Assembly (NCBI RefSeq): GCF_000143415.4
Contig: NW_003314327.1
Coordinates: 253,735-317,734, forward strand
Length of the DNA stretch: 64,000 bases
DNA from: Selaginella moellendorffii
Lineage: Eukaryota > Plantae > Lycopodiophyta
Direction: 5' to 3'
This document shows positions 39,001 to 59,696 of this stretch, piece after piece (the first letter of the stretch is position 1; every line of letters begins with the position of its first letter). The position numbers and the translations under genes were made by a program. The notes under the pieces are model-generated. The model was not told where the DNA came from and made no database searches. It saw nothing but the letters and a program-made list of their open reading frames with translations.

Positions 39001-40910
39001 GAATAACACTCCATTCTCCAAGTGTTCCTTCTATTATTATAAAAAATGGCCTTTAAATTTTTATTTGTTTTTCCCATGGTGTTTCATTCCTTGTTTAAAA
39101 TCTATTTGAAGTGTTGCTTCCTTACCTTTTTATTTTTTGTAAGTGATACTTAAATTTTGAAACTAACTGAAACTTTGAAGTTATAAATTTCTAACAACAC
39201 TGTTGGATTGCATTTAAAGATTTTAAGCATATTCTAACTTTTCCCTTCTAATTTCTCATTGTTCAGATCTCCTTTATGAGTTTTCAATAAAAATCCCGAA
39301 GCATTGATAGTAACTAAGAACGTATTTATTTTGCAATTGAGCCATTAAATCATGCTAAAAGTTTATCCATAAATACCCACTAAAATCCAAATGGGATATA
39401 ATAAAGGTATGCTCAACCCTGAGTGTGTAACCTCATTGCCCCTTTAATTTTTGTAAGTGATACTAAACTCATCCAAACTTTGGAGCTATAAATTTTTAAA
39501 TTCAACCATTACACTATCTCAAAACTTTTTGAGCATGTATTCTTTCACCCCTACTATGTCTTTGCTGCTCAAATTTTACATATAAAGCCCCAAACAATTC
39601 CTAATGCATTAATAAAAACCTTAAACTTTTGTTGCAGTAAAAACTTCCATATTGATATTTTGTGATTTAGTTGTTAGATTTTAATGAAATTTCACCTTCA
39701 AGATGCTGCAAAACAAGTTGATCATTGTAACTGCCAAAAAGAGAAGAGGAAAGAGGAGAAATCTATATCATGCCCATTATCTTCTAGGCATATGATTAAT
39801 TTTTATGGTCTAAGAGGTAAAATCTTTGTTTTATTATACAAAGCATTATAGAAGGTGTGGTATTTCATTCATTCTTTGCTTCCCTAATAAAATAATGTAT
39901 AAAATGGCAATCACACTAATTATAATTCACATGTAACACTTTATCTTTATTATCCCTACCTTCTATATTTTAATTCTTTAGCTTTTTAGTTGAATGCTTG
40001 GGATTTTATTCTACCCCTCTGTTTAAAGGCATAACTCCTTGAGGCTCATGTTCCGCTCTATTACCCTTGGCACATGTGTCTAAAGGTTATTGTTTTACTC
40101 CATAGTTATTTTATATTAAATCATTATAAAAGGGTGAAAACCATGTGTGTTATACCACATTGGTGGTGTTGGACATATTATGCCATAAGATGTTGCAAAA
40201 CAAATTAATCATTACAACTGCTAAAGGGAGAGGTGGAGGGAGGAGAAATGTGCATCATGCCTATTATCTTCTATTTATATTATTAGTGTTTATAGTACTA
40301 AAGGTAAAATCCTTATCCTCTTTATATGGTATTTCATTCTTTTCTTGCTTTCCTTAATGAGAAAGCTTCTAAAAGATGAAGTCTTTCATTTTCAAATATC
40401 AAAGAACATGGTTGTTGGTGGCAAAGTAATAGCATTCTTTATATGGTATATAGATCTAAGAGTTTTTGTGATCTTATTCATTTTATTTGGATTTTTTTTC
40501 AGTGGAAGAGACTATTTAGCAACTTGAGAATATGTATTTCATTTTTTTCTAGAAGCTAAATTTGTCATTGATTTTATAAAGGCATTGGTATGCTACCTTA
40601 GTAGGAACACATTTTACTCATACAGTTGAATGAAAAAAATTAATAATTTATTTCTCCTTAGCTTAGAAAGTTTAAGTTTGTTATTGATTGTAGAGCCCCT
40701 TCCTGATTATAGCTTCCTTACACGTCAAACAAGAAAAAGAGCACTAGAGTTCTATCTCAAGAAGAAAACAATTTACACACACAATCATATGAGGAGATAA
40801 AAAACAATAAAGAAGAACTTATAGAGTCAAAATAAAACAACACTCTCTTTTCTCAATGTTGCCTCATTATTCCCAAATATTACCTCTAAAGTGTTATTTT
40901 ATTTCTCTTC
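36060..40910. mobile_element. AT-rich, internally duplicated TE-like relic; class not identified
   Basis: Diverged direct repeats: 36060-36330 vs 39160-39390 vs 39440-39620, and 38175-39060 vs 40035-40900 (with a partial copy at 39700-39950). No intact ORF. Confidence 0.45.
37380..37605. repeat. ~51-bp minisatellite, about 4 copies
   Basis: Units start at ~37381, 37432, 37483, 37534 and a partial one at 37573 (gttagatcttggacttcattgtcattgtcc...). Confidence 0.85.
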
Positions 40911-41199
40911 AAGGATGGCAAGCAACTCATTGCAAAGGTTTATAGTGGCAGTGAGGTACATGCAAAGTTGTAAGTGTTGCCATTGCAAGAGAGAGGGATC
41001 AATCACCAAAAAAGAATGTACCAGTTATAATGCAAAGAAATGATGATGCAATTGCATCTTTGACACCTTGTCAAACTTCCTTCAGCAAGATTGAGTTTCA
41101 CTGCATTGCCTATGTATAACTGCTATTGCTGCTCAGGCCATCCTGTACCACCATTGTTATAAATCTCCACTGGTTTTCTGGTTATGGGCCCAGGAAAAG

Positions 41200-41950
41200 C
41201 AGCCTTACATCTCTCTTTTATGTTGGGAAACATTGGAAAAAATGTCGGTGGTAGATCTCTCACAATATTTCATAAACTCCATACGTTTTTGCTGTGCAAG
41301 GTTATTCTCTTATGAAAGACAAAAAATTTAAAGAGAGGCTGAATAAAGCACTAGCCCTGTTGGTTTGAAGCTGATAAGAAAGCTTCGATCTCTGGCACTC
41401 TTTCATTGACAATGAAAAAGTCCCAGGTGATGAAAGCTTAACAAGGATGAAAAAAAAGAAAAGAAAGGCCTTTTTATGAACTCTACAACACTTCCATATA
41501 AGTAAGTATAAGCAGGGCAGGCTTGTTGATGTTGTTGAGCTTCTTCCTGCATCCCAAGAGACGGACGTTATTCTTGATAGCATAACATCCTGAAGGTTTC
41601 CAATAACAACTGAAAATTTTACATAGGTCGCTGCATGTTAAGTTCTAATCCTGCAAGCTTGGATACGGCTGGTAGCGATCATCCCCAACTGTGGTAAACA
41701 GCTTCTCCCCAATTTCCCGCAACACAAGGTGAAACCACTCTCGTCTTAATCCACCCATATCATGTCTTGATTCGCCCACAAACTCCAAAACCAGAGCCTG
41801 AGCACCTCCGGCGTCAGCTGCACAAGACCCTTGTGAGAATCCTGTAGAATGCAGTCCCTCTTCACGCGGAGCAGCGGACGTGCAGATTTCGTGCAAGACG
41901 TAGAGCTGCCTCGCACAAACTCGACCTTGAACTCCAAGCCCAAGCGAAAA
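41200..41950 (-). pseudogene. HECT-domain E3 ligase fragment
   Basis: LLRVKRDCILQDS followed, after a frameshift, by LEFVGESRHDMGGLRREWFHLVLREI...LF, resembling the HECT N-lobe; downstream frames contain stops. Confidence 0.75.
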
Positions 41951-42137
41951 AGGCACAGCCACTTGAGGCGACGAGGGTGTCTTGGCTATGCTTTGTAGAA
42001 GAGTCACGGGGTGCGCTTTGTAGAAGAGTGGTTGAGTGAGGGGAGATAGACTTTGCCAACAACGAATTGAGGGATTCGGTTCATATGGTTATAACAAGAA
42101 AAGAAGAATCCTATTTCATGGTTCATCTAACTATCAT

Positions 42138-43175
42138 CTAACTAGCTGCCAGCTGTTGAATGTTCACAGGGAAGACATCACCCTTGCCTCCACTCCACCA
42201 CCTTTGTGCCGCAATCTTATAAAGGCTCTGCGTGTGGTGGATACCATCAAAGTACATGTAGCTATCCGGACGAAGGCAAGCAGGAGCGTTCACCCCACAA
42301 AACATACTCCCTGTGCAGCACCCCCGAGCAGTGTTGCTAAACCCATACTTGCTGGGGTTCTTCATCGTCTCCACCATTAGGCCATAGTAATCCGGCTTGA
42401 CAATCGCCACTCCGTCCAGGCTCTTGCGCAATCCATCCAGCATCTCGTCCAGGGCAGCGTTAAACATGACCGACACCTCGTTCGCGTGCTCGTCGCACTG
42501 GCCATTCTTCTGGTTCACGGGGATGCATCCTACCGCCGACAGCCCGACGATCACGAACTTCCTTGCGCCGCGGCTGTGCATCCGCGTGATCTGCTGCGCA
42601 AACCTGGCCAGCAAGTTCGCCTGGAAGTCTGCCGGGAGGGAGGTGAGCCTGTTCTTGTTCGTGCTGCTCCGGAAGAAGTTGTTCACGTCGTTGTTCCCCA
42701 CGCTGATGTAGAAGATGGACTTGGCGAAAAACTGCGAGGCAGCGTGATTCCCCATCGTGGCGTATAGAACGTCCGCCACCCTTTCGAAGTCGTCAAGCTG
42801 TTGATCCATGACGAGAGCACCGTTGAGGCGAGTGGTGGGCAGGATCCCGGAGCTAGCAGACGCGAAGTTGACGCCCCGGCTGTAGGATCTCGTCCCGCGA
42901 TAAGGTGGCACCAGAGGGAGACCCAAGTTCTGGGCTATGAAATCCGGGACCGTCTTGCCGTTGGTGAATCTGCCAGTGGGAAGGCCGCCCGGGAAGCTCA
43001 TGCCGTAGGGGCGGTGATTCGCTCGAGCATACGTTGGCAGGAAGTTGTTGTTGCCGGCGTCCACTGTCGAGTCGCCAAAGATGAACATCGCAGGAGCTTG
43101 CGCGGTGCAGGCTAGAGGGAGGAGCAACGCCGCGAAAAGAAGAACGCACATACTCGGACGAGAAGCCATCTCCAT
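42138..43175 (-). CDS. Secreted GDSL esterase/lipase, intronless
   Basis: Signal peptide; block I FGDSTVDAGNN, GRFTNG, GVNFAS, block III GNND and block V FDGIHHT in one 345-aa ORF. Confidence 0.95.
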   Translation of the reverse strand: MEMASRPSMCVLLFAALLLPLACTAQAPAMFIFGDSTVDAGNNNFLPTYARANHRPYGMSFPGGLPTGRFTNGKTVPDFIAQNLGLPLVPPYRGTRSYSRGVNFASASSGILPTTRLNGALVMDQQLDDFERVADVLYATMGNHAASQFFAKSIFYISVGNNDVNNFFRSSTNKNRLTSLPADFQANLLARFAQQITRMHSRGARKFVIVGLSAVGCIPVNQKNGQCDEHANEVSVMFNAALDEMLDGLRKSLDGVAIVKPDYYGLMVETMKNPSKYGFSNTARGCCTGSMFCGVNAPACLRPDSYMYFDGIHHTQSLYKIAAQRWWSGGKGDVFPVNIQQLAAS

Positions 43176-43486
43176 CTCTCTGGATTCTCAGGGTGGTGGG
43201 GGCTTCTTTATACTATTTGGTTGGCGACCATGTATGGAATGGCCAAAGTGAGCCTGCTCAAAAGGGAGTGACTTAAAGGGAAGATGTAACAAAGAAATGC
43301 CGGGTACCTTAGCTTTTGTATCGGGTCCTTTCACGGAGCTCCGAGTCTACACAAAAGTATCAAGTAGATGATCATCAAGCAATTTATCAAACTCACAGCG
43401 AACTTATGCCTGATTGCAACTGTTTTGAAAAAGAAAAACGTGATCAAAGATTGGATTGAGTAAAAAATGAATCCCACCTTAAACTG

Positions 43487-45454
<1,968 letters not shown>

Positions 45455-45568
45455 CCCACGCTAAAACCCTAGAGGTAATCTCCTTCGAAATATTTGCCCG
45501 CGCTTTATGCAACCATATATCCAAACAACACTGTACATTATAAGCGTAGATATTACATCGCAGGAACT

Positions 45569-46976
45569 TTACTCGATTTCCATTCCTTGAATGAAATCGT
45601 CCTCGTCAGTGTCAGCCTCATTGTCAAGGCTTTCATCAGCTGCTAGTTTGCTAAGAACAAGGAAATAAAAAACGAAAGAAATCACGAGAGGAAAAATCTG
45701 GTAAAGCAAAAACTTTACCTCACGCTTTGGCAGCTGAAGTAAAGCACGCGTTTTAGCTTCTTGTTGTAGAAGAAGTAATTGAAGGACCATCTACACCATC
45801 TCCCACTCGCTATAATCTATCAGCCGCAAAAACAATCGCAAGTTACTCACATCATGCCACCGTCGTTGAAAGGCCCGACTTGAAACTCTGGTGAGAAACT
45901 GTATATGTCACAGTCCTTGATGTCTATCACCTGGAGAAAGAAATGAATGAAATGTATAAAACACCTAGTGCGCAAGAGCTGCGTACCTCGTCGATTACTT
46001 CCCAGATAGCATCGATGAGAAGAGAACTATTTCCTAGCTCCGAAGCCCAAACCTGGCAGAGTTTTCACTTTCTTAGTCATAAACAAACTTCCAGCAAGAT
46101 ACAGAAAAGCAAAACACTACCCGAGTCGCCTCTAACAGATGATAACCGATGCTCTCCTTCACACCAAGAGGATTTTCTTTCGAGAAATGGTGCGCACGCA
46201 GAGTACTGGGCTCCCAGAGAGTATTAGAAGGAGATCAAAACGAGGAAAAAACGAAAGAACCACCACCACGTCTACGGATAAAAAAATGGAAATGGAGAGA
46301 CTTGAACTCTCAAGCCCCTCACGGAGCAACGGCATTCACCGTTTGTCAACATTGGACATCACTTCCAGAAAGTATAGAGGAAAGGTCGGGTTGCTAAAAG
46401 CCACTGTTGTACCCGGAAAAAACTGGTTACCTGAAATCGTAGTCTGGATACATATGAGACAGCGTCAGTATGAGATGAATCAGCGTCCTCCGACTAAAGA
46501 AAAACCAAGAAAAACGTAAGCAAGAAAGAAAGAAAGCAAGGAGAGTTGCAATTAAAGTGTGTACCTCGACAAGCTAGAGAGGGGGCCAACAGGCGAGGAG
46601 GAAAGGTTTTGCGGTGACATTTCAAGGGAGTCAAGAACCTGAAACAAAAGGAAGACAAAAATCTCGCATAGTTGTAAGAAAATGTGAGCCAAGATATCAC
46701 GACTTACTTCTTGCTCTATGCTGCGAGAGAGCTTCTTGTCCGTGCCAGCAAGCTTGCCTGTGCAATAGAAAGCTTTCTTTCATTTTGATCCTTTGTGGAA
46801 GTCAAACTTACAGGAGTAAGCTTCAAGAACCCCTTTGAGACGACAATCCCCAAGATCCAAATTGCTTAGAAATCCATTTATCCTGCCCGTGGGAGAACTG
46901 CTCAGCGCAAGAGCCTAGCTACAATCTAGTAGCAAGAGAAGTACCTTGTGAAAGGTGTGTATTCGAGGAACTTCAT
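45569..46976 (-). CDS. MAF1: RNA polymerase III repressor MAF1
   Basis: [14 protein letters not shown]|[37 protein letters not shown]|[27 protein letters not shown] and an acidic tail. Confidence 0.93.
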
Positions 46977-47226
46977 GGCGATGGTAGATCAAATTGGTAC
47001 TGGCGAGATGGCGCTGCGAGAAAAGAATCGTGGTGTTGGAACTAGAGCAAGAGAGAACAAGGTTGCTCGTTTACCTGACACGCGCAGACCATCAAGGCGA
47101 GACAAAAACCTAATGTGGGCAGTAGAGAAAATATGCTCCAAAGGATATACTACCACATCATCCGGAAAAATAGCCTTGAGCTAATAAAGGAATGGTTAAA
47201 CTGCCATTTTGCCCAAGAATCAGCAT

Positions 47227-48409
47227 TCATTGCCGGATGATCGCAATCGAGTCTAGATTTCTTTTTCCTTCTGGTCCTTTGGAGTAGAAATCCGAGACGT
47301 GATCCCGGAAGAGAACTTCACCGTAGAGGCGAGGATTTTGCTCGTCAATGAGCTCCGGAGCGGGAGAGATCCTCGTGTTCTTCGAGGGATCGTAGAACGC
47401 AGCAATCGCCATTCTTTTATTCGTGGAGTTCACGACGACCCTGTGCTCCACGCTCTTGTATCGTCCATTGCTAAGGACCTGTAAGATCGGAGCATAGCTT
47501 TTTTCTGGTTTTTCTGGAAGAACATGAAGGCTACCTCAACTTGGTCGCCTAGATTTGCGATGAACGCCCCTGGAACAGGCTTGACAGCAAACCATCGGCC
47601 GTTCTTCCGGACTTGTAAGCCACCGACGTGATCTTCCATGAGCAAAGTTATGGCACCGAAGTCGGAGTGTGATTGTAGGCCGAGAGTTAGATCCGGCTGG
47701 GGGCATGGCGGATAGTAGTTCATCACTATGTTCTGGAATGGCTCCCCGATCGCGTCCTCGATGAATTTGGACCCAAGTCCCAGGGACTCGGAGATAGCAG
47801 CAAGCAATTGCCTCGAGAGGGCGAGCACTTGAGCGCTATACTCTTCGATCATTTGCCTGCGAGCAAACCATCCATGAGCAAAAGCTGAGCAAAAGCTTCG
47901 CAAAAGTTTGTAAGAATCAAAGAAGTTCTTCACCTGTAAGATTGTTCGTGAGGCCAATTGCTCGAATTCCTCCTCCAAATGGGATGCGCGTGATGGTTGA
48001 GATAATCTCTCCAATCCAAGACCTGATCGTCCCGAGTGAGCATCCGGTTCGCGAAGCCCTCGGCGGCCATCTCTCCAGGAGGAGTCGAGAATTGGAGCTT
48101 CTCACACATCGGCCTCTCGAAGAAAATCTCGGCAGCTCGTCGCATTCCATCCATGAGCTGCAAGGGCACGCCGTGATTCGTAACATGGAAGAAGCCCCAA
48201 TCCGTACAGGCGGCGCCGATCCTCCTCACAATCTCGGCGCGCTCGCGCTCTGATCCCTCTCCCAGCCCCGAAATATCGATCACTGGGAACGATTCCTGGA
48301 AGAATGCGTCGTGCGCTAGACCCGGGCGCTCGCATTCCGGCCGAACAAAGCAGGATGGAATGGATCCGCAGCTCCTCTCCGCGATGGACTGGACGCTCTC
48401 CATAGCCAT
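47227..48409 (-). CDS. 2-oxoglutarate/Fe(II)-dependent dioxygenase (DOXC class)
   Basis: PVIDISGL, WGFFHVTNHGV, LDWRDY, NYYPPCPQPDLTLGLQSHSD (HxD) and the distal His in EHRVVVN; three exons. Confidence 0.93.
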
Positions 48410-48462
48410 AAACCCTAATCTTTGGATGCTGGCGGAATATTTCCATTTGTTTTTGGGCGGCA

Positions 48463-51400
48463 ATGGAGGAAGGAGGCGATGGCGGCGACGCCATGGCCAG
48501 CGGCAAGGGATTGAAGACTGGATGCGGCCTCTTCGCCCAGCAATTCAAGGCGCTCATGCTCAAGAATCTCAAGGTCTCGATGCGCAACAAGAGGGCTTTC
48601 TTCCTCCAGGTGGCCTCCTCTTTCGGCTTCATCTTCTTGCTCTTCGTCGTCGATCAGGCAGCTATGGCGAGCCGCCGCAGCGATGCCTACTACAGGGACG
48701 TGGTCGCAGCGAACCCTAAGCTTGTGGCTGCTATCCCGGCTTGCGAGAGCAGCGCCTTCATCCGGCCGCCGTGCTACGATTTCTTGTGGAGCGACAGTAG
48801 TAATCCGGATTTCGCAGCCATCGTGGAGAAGATCATGGCAAACAATCCAGGACGACCGATCCCTTCGCACAAGGTGATTCATTCTTTTGCTTTAAGTTTT
48901 TTTGCCTTGTGATATCGAATTTTTCTTTGGTAAGTTTTTCAGGTGAGAGGCTTTGGATCATCCAGCGAAGTGGATTCGTGGTTGCTATCAAACCCAATGG
49001 CGTGCAGTGGGGCATTGCATCTCGAGCAAAGCTCCGCAGGTGTGATCTCCTATGGCTTGCAATTTAACTCCACTCCCAGCGGTGTTTTGTTGCGTGGGAA
49101 GCATGAGAACGCACCCTTTAACTTCCAGCTGCCTTTGCAAGCGGCTGTGGAGAGGGAGATTACTCGCTTTCTAACTGGTACGCTCGAAACTAATACCATC
49201 AATTGCTTAGTACCATGCTTTCGTTTATGCAGGCAAGGATATCGAGTGGAATGTATGGTTTTCCGAGTATCCCCACCCCGATCTTGGAAGGTTTTCCAGT
49301 GTTGGAAGCTTTGGTCCTACTTTTTTATTCGCCTCTACTATGTTTTCAGTGGTGATTCTCATCAGCAAAATTGTTTACGAGAAAGAACTTAAGCTCAGGC
49401 AGGTACGATTCTAAGAAATGGTCAAGCAGAAGTTTCTGACGCTTACACTTAGCAGGCCATGTCGACGATGGGCCTGTTTGATTCCGTTTACTGGTTAACT
49501 TGGCTTACTTGGGAGGTTATGCTGGCTTTGAGCTCTTCGGCCTTTCTAATTATTTCAGGGATGATTTTCCGGCTGAACTTTTTCTTGAATAATAGTTTGC
49601 TCATACTGTTTCTTATATTTTTCTTGTTTCAGTTCAACATGGTAAGTTTCAATGATTTGTCTCTTTCGTTTTAACAAAGTACTGGCAACAGATTGGATTC
49701 GCATTTCTGTTCTCGACTTTTGTTACTAAGCTAGAAACTTCAAACTCCATGGGCTTTTGTATTTTTATTTTCGGGAGCTTGACTCAGGTATGCACAAGTC
49801 TCTCTCTTTGCTGTTTGCTAAGTTCTTCTTTCCATTTAGCTGGTGACAACGATGGGCTTCCCTTACGACCCCCGTTATCCCTCTTATATCAAAACGCTGT
49901 GGTCATTCTTTCCTCCAAACGTATTTGCCATTGGACTCATGTATCTTGGAGAGGGAACTGCAACTAAAAGAGACCGAGGTCTTCTTTGGAAAGATGTTTC
50001 ATCATGTCCTCCATTTCACGTGGACTGTAATATTGTGATGGTAAGCTTGCAATGTTGTCCGCTCTCTAATGTGTTTGATACTGCCAGGCGGAGGTTTTCG
50101 TGTGGCTCTTTGGAACATTTTTTATCTGGTTCTTTCTCGCAATTTACTTCGACAACGTGTTGCCTGACGCAAATGGCCTTCGAAAGTCCTTATATTACTT
50201 TGTGCGGCCATCCTACTGGGCTGGGAGATCTCGCTGCAAAAGAGGTACGCGTGCATCTTCCAGTAGCAAGTAGTAAATGTGCAATCTGAACAGCTGAAAG
50301 AGATGGAACCGTGGATCCGAACGTGGCTGTACAGCTGAGAAACCTCACGAAAGTATTTCCTGGTGTAAGATCAAGAGGACACTGGAAGAAATCACCTCCT
50401 TTTCATGCACTCCAAGTAAGTTATGGCTGTTCATTCTTTTCTGGTTGCCAAATCGTGACAATATTCAGGGGGTAAGCTTGGACATCGAGAAGGAGAAAGT
50501 GTTTTGTTTGCTTGGTCATAATGGAGCTGGCAAGACGACAATCATCAACATCCTCACGGGCATTCTTCCTCTAACTTCAGGGGATGGTAATGCTCTTCGA
50601 ACCAGCTGTAATCCATTCAAAGCGTGAAACAGTCGCTCTTTGGCAGCTCTGGTCTATGGAATGTCAGTTACGAACGGTATGGCTCAAATTCGACATAGCA
50701 TGGGAGTTTGTCCACAGGTAAGTCAGCAATGTATATTTCAAAAGCTCACCGAAATTCCACTCGTTCTCAAATCAGTTTAATATTCTCTGGGACGCGCTTA
50801 CTGCGATTGAGCATCTACAAATTTTTGCCAGCATCAAAGGAATGCAGCCATCAAGAAGAAAAACGGTCAGCTCATCTCCGTAACTTTCTTTTCATTGTTT
50901 TGAGTTAGTTCTATGATACAGGAGTGTAAACGACTCTTGCTCAGTTCTGATCTGTTGGAATCATCTCGGGGGAGGGTCAGCGCCTACAGTGAAGGGATGA
51001 AAAGGCGGCTGAGCGTAGCAATAGCTCTTATTGGTGACCCGAAAATAGTCTTCCTCGACGAACCAGTACGTAATGCAATGAACGTAAGTTCTATGTATAT
51101 AATCCTCTTCCTTTTTGTCAGACAACAGGCATGGATCCAATTTCACGGAGGAAGGTATGGGAGATCATTGAGAAGTTAAAAACAGATCGAGCGATTGTCT
51201 TAACTACTCATTCCATGGAAGAAGCAGACAACTTGGGTGATAGTATTGCCATCGTAGCAAATGGCACACTTCGGTGTGTCGGTTCCTCGATTCAGCTGAA
51301 ACAGCAGTTTGGAGAAGGCTACATCGTCACTTGCAGCGTTAAAAGCACGGATAACAAAGCCGCGGTCAAGGATTTCTTTAAGCTTGTAAGTTTCAAAACA

Positions 51401-51723
51401 CTTCTGCGTTTAAGTTGTAATTCCTGTACATTTCTTCTGTGCAGTACATGGACGTTGTAGCGAAGGAAGAGACCAGGTCTTACATGTCGTTCATTCTTCC
51501 GCGCCGAGATGAAAATCTACTTGCGGTAAGACCCAAGCATGCATGTACACAATCTAATATTTGTGACATGTTTCTCTGGAAGGTTTTCTTTGAGTTGCTT
51601 CAGAAGAAGCAAGAAGAGCTTGGCATTTTAGACATCCAACTCAGCCTCTCAACATTGGAGGAAGTTTTCTTAAACATACTGGAAGGAACAGGACAATCAT
51701 GCAATTCAGAGCTTAAAGACTAA
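48463..51723 (+). CDS. Half-size ABCA transporter, ABCA2/ABCA9-like
   Basis: [38 protein letters not shown]|AMSTMGL, Walker A GHNGAGKT, variant signature [34 protein letters not shown]. Confidence 0.9.
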
Positions 51724-52199
51724 CCCAAGGGTATTCCTCTATGTTTAATTTTCTAGGGCCCCTCTTTGCAGCCTTGCATTCACCTTCTTCTCCAGTATTC
51801 ATAGAAATTGATTTAATCCAGGCATTCTCCTGCCATTTTACAAGGCTGGCCACAAAGCCAACTTGCCATTACTTCCATTGCAGGTTGTCCATGGTGGTGA
51901 ACTCATTCTTAGCAGGTATGCCAAAAGCTACGGACTGTGTTGGGCATTTTTCACCAACATAGCAGACTTTCTCATGCCGGAGCTTTGAAAGTCCTTCAGT
52001 CAGAAGTGCCTCAACTGGCTCAATGAAAAGAGCCCGTCCTAACTTGGCAATATGAAGTGTTTACAAGCCCAACTAAAGCAAGTACCCATACGTATGCATG
52101 CAATTCCACTACTTGCACGAACCCCTCTCCATCTCCTTCGAGATTATTTGTAAGTTGGCACTGGTGGTATTATCTCATGTTAATTATGGGATATGTCGT

Positions 52200-58200
<6,001 letters not shown>

Positions 58201-59150
58201 TTTGATTTGACTACTTAATATTTTGAATACTTTTACAGCTGTAGATACTATTCCTTCATTCAAAAGATTTTTTAGGGTTCTTGAGAAGATGGGAAGCAAG
58301 GAAAATACAAGATCTGTGAGTAAGAGTTGTAGTGCAAAAGAATGTGAGAATGTTAATTTTGTTTCACTACCACAATCTCCATATTACACTCTTGGTCCTT
58401 ATTACCCATTTGGGAATGTGGAGACCACTATCACGATTGATAAAAATGCTCTTGTTACTTCTGAAACAACAGTCCAGAGCAAGAGAAATGAAGAAATGAA
58501 CAGCACAACGGAAAGCACCAAGAAATCTACTCCATAAAACTTTCCATGACATTTATAATTTACATATTAATTCATATTAAAAACTCTATTGCTTGCCTAT
58601 ATCGCAATCCTCTCATATGATAAGACCAAGGTATATTTTGCAGTGAATCCTCATTAAAAGTTTTTGGGAATTGTTTGTAAATAATGATAAAAGAAATCAA
58701 AATCTTTCAAAAAACTCAAAAGTAATATCACATCAAAGAATCAACTTTATCTACATTTCCAAGACTAAAAGGCAATCTCACATAAGAGAATAGTAGCGTG
58801 CCAATGTGCTCTACCACTATAATGTGGTCTATATTTCCTTGCAATTTATTTCCCTAGACATTTGGCATGTGTAGAAAAGAATATATGTGTAGCAAAGTAG
58901 AATTCATCATAATGATAGAGCATGTGTATACACGATAATCTAAAATTCTAGAAGCTCTTATGTTTACAAGAAAGTTATGATTATGAAGCCCCATTTCCAA
59001 GACTGACATTTAAAAAATCTGAGTATTGTCAGTGTCATAATAAATAAACCTCATTCCCAAGACTAAAACTTAGTATATAAACTATCTAGAAAAGTTATAG
59101 TCATTGTAGGTTTTTTGTTCTCCTTAAGCTCCTTAGAAGTTTATATTTAA

Positions 59151-59696
59151 ATGGCTCAAAGGAGACCCATTGTTAATCGTACTTGGCCCCCCAGCATTTC
59201 ATATCAATCTCTACCTCCATCCCCAAGTTCTACCAACATTCCACCGTCACCTCCACATAACAATCCTTTTTCTGCTGAGGGCTCTAGTGAAGTTGAATTA
59301 GAGCTCTCTATATGTGAAATTCCGGATCTTGTTACTAGAGAGGGATTGCATTTAGCGCTTCAAGAGCAATGCCACATGTTTTTGCAAGATCTTGCTCCTG
59401 ACATGGCAGGACTACTTGAAAGCATAGAACGCTATTACATTTGGTGTCCAATATACTACTTTTTCTTGGACAAGACAAATGGCTCTATGGGTTTACAAAC
59501 TTTTCTTGAGCACTATATGAATTGCCCAACGGCAGGTTTGGAAAATGTGCACGTGTGGATGTATAATAGATTCAAGAATGAGTTACAGACACATACCCAC
59601 TATTGCTTCATGGTGAGGAACAACATCCCCTTGGGAAACACTGCATTGGCTAGTGCAAAATATGGGGTTTTTAGACCACCCTATAGTGGAATGTAA
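59151..59696 (+). CDS. Unknown 181-aa single-exon ORF, convergent with the methyltransferase-like gene
   Basis: ATG-to-TAA ORF with coding-like composition in very AT-rich flanks; Pro/Ser-rich N-terminus followed by a globular-looking region. Confidence 0.45.
   Translation: MAQRRPIVNRTWPPSISYQSLPPSPSSTNIPPSPPHNNPFSAEGSSEVELELSICEIPDLVTREGLHLALQEQCHMFLQDLAPDMAGLLESIERYYIWCPIYYFFLDKTNGSMGLQTFLEHYMNCPTAGLENVHVWMYNRFKNELQTHTHYCFMVRNNIPLGNTALASAKYGVFRPPYSGM

Noticed and set aside
1-41950. Apparent cluster of ubiquitin-pathway genes (SP1-like, PUB, CDC20, F-box-like, HECT)
   Set aside because: Unrelated, very large families; co-location is expected by chance.
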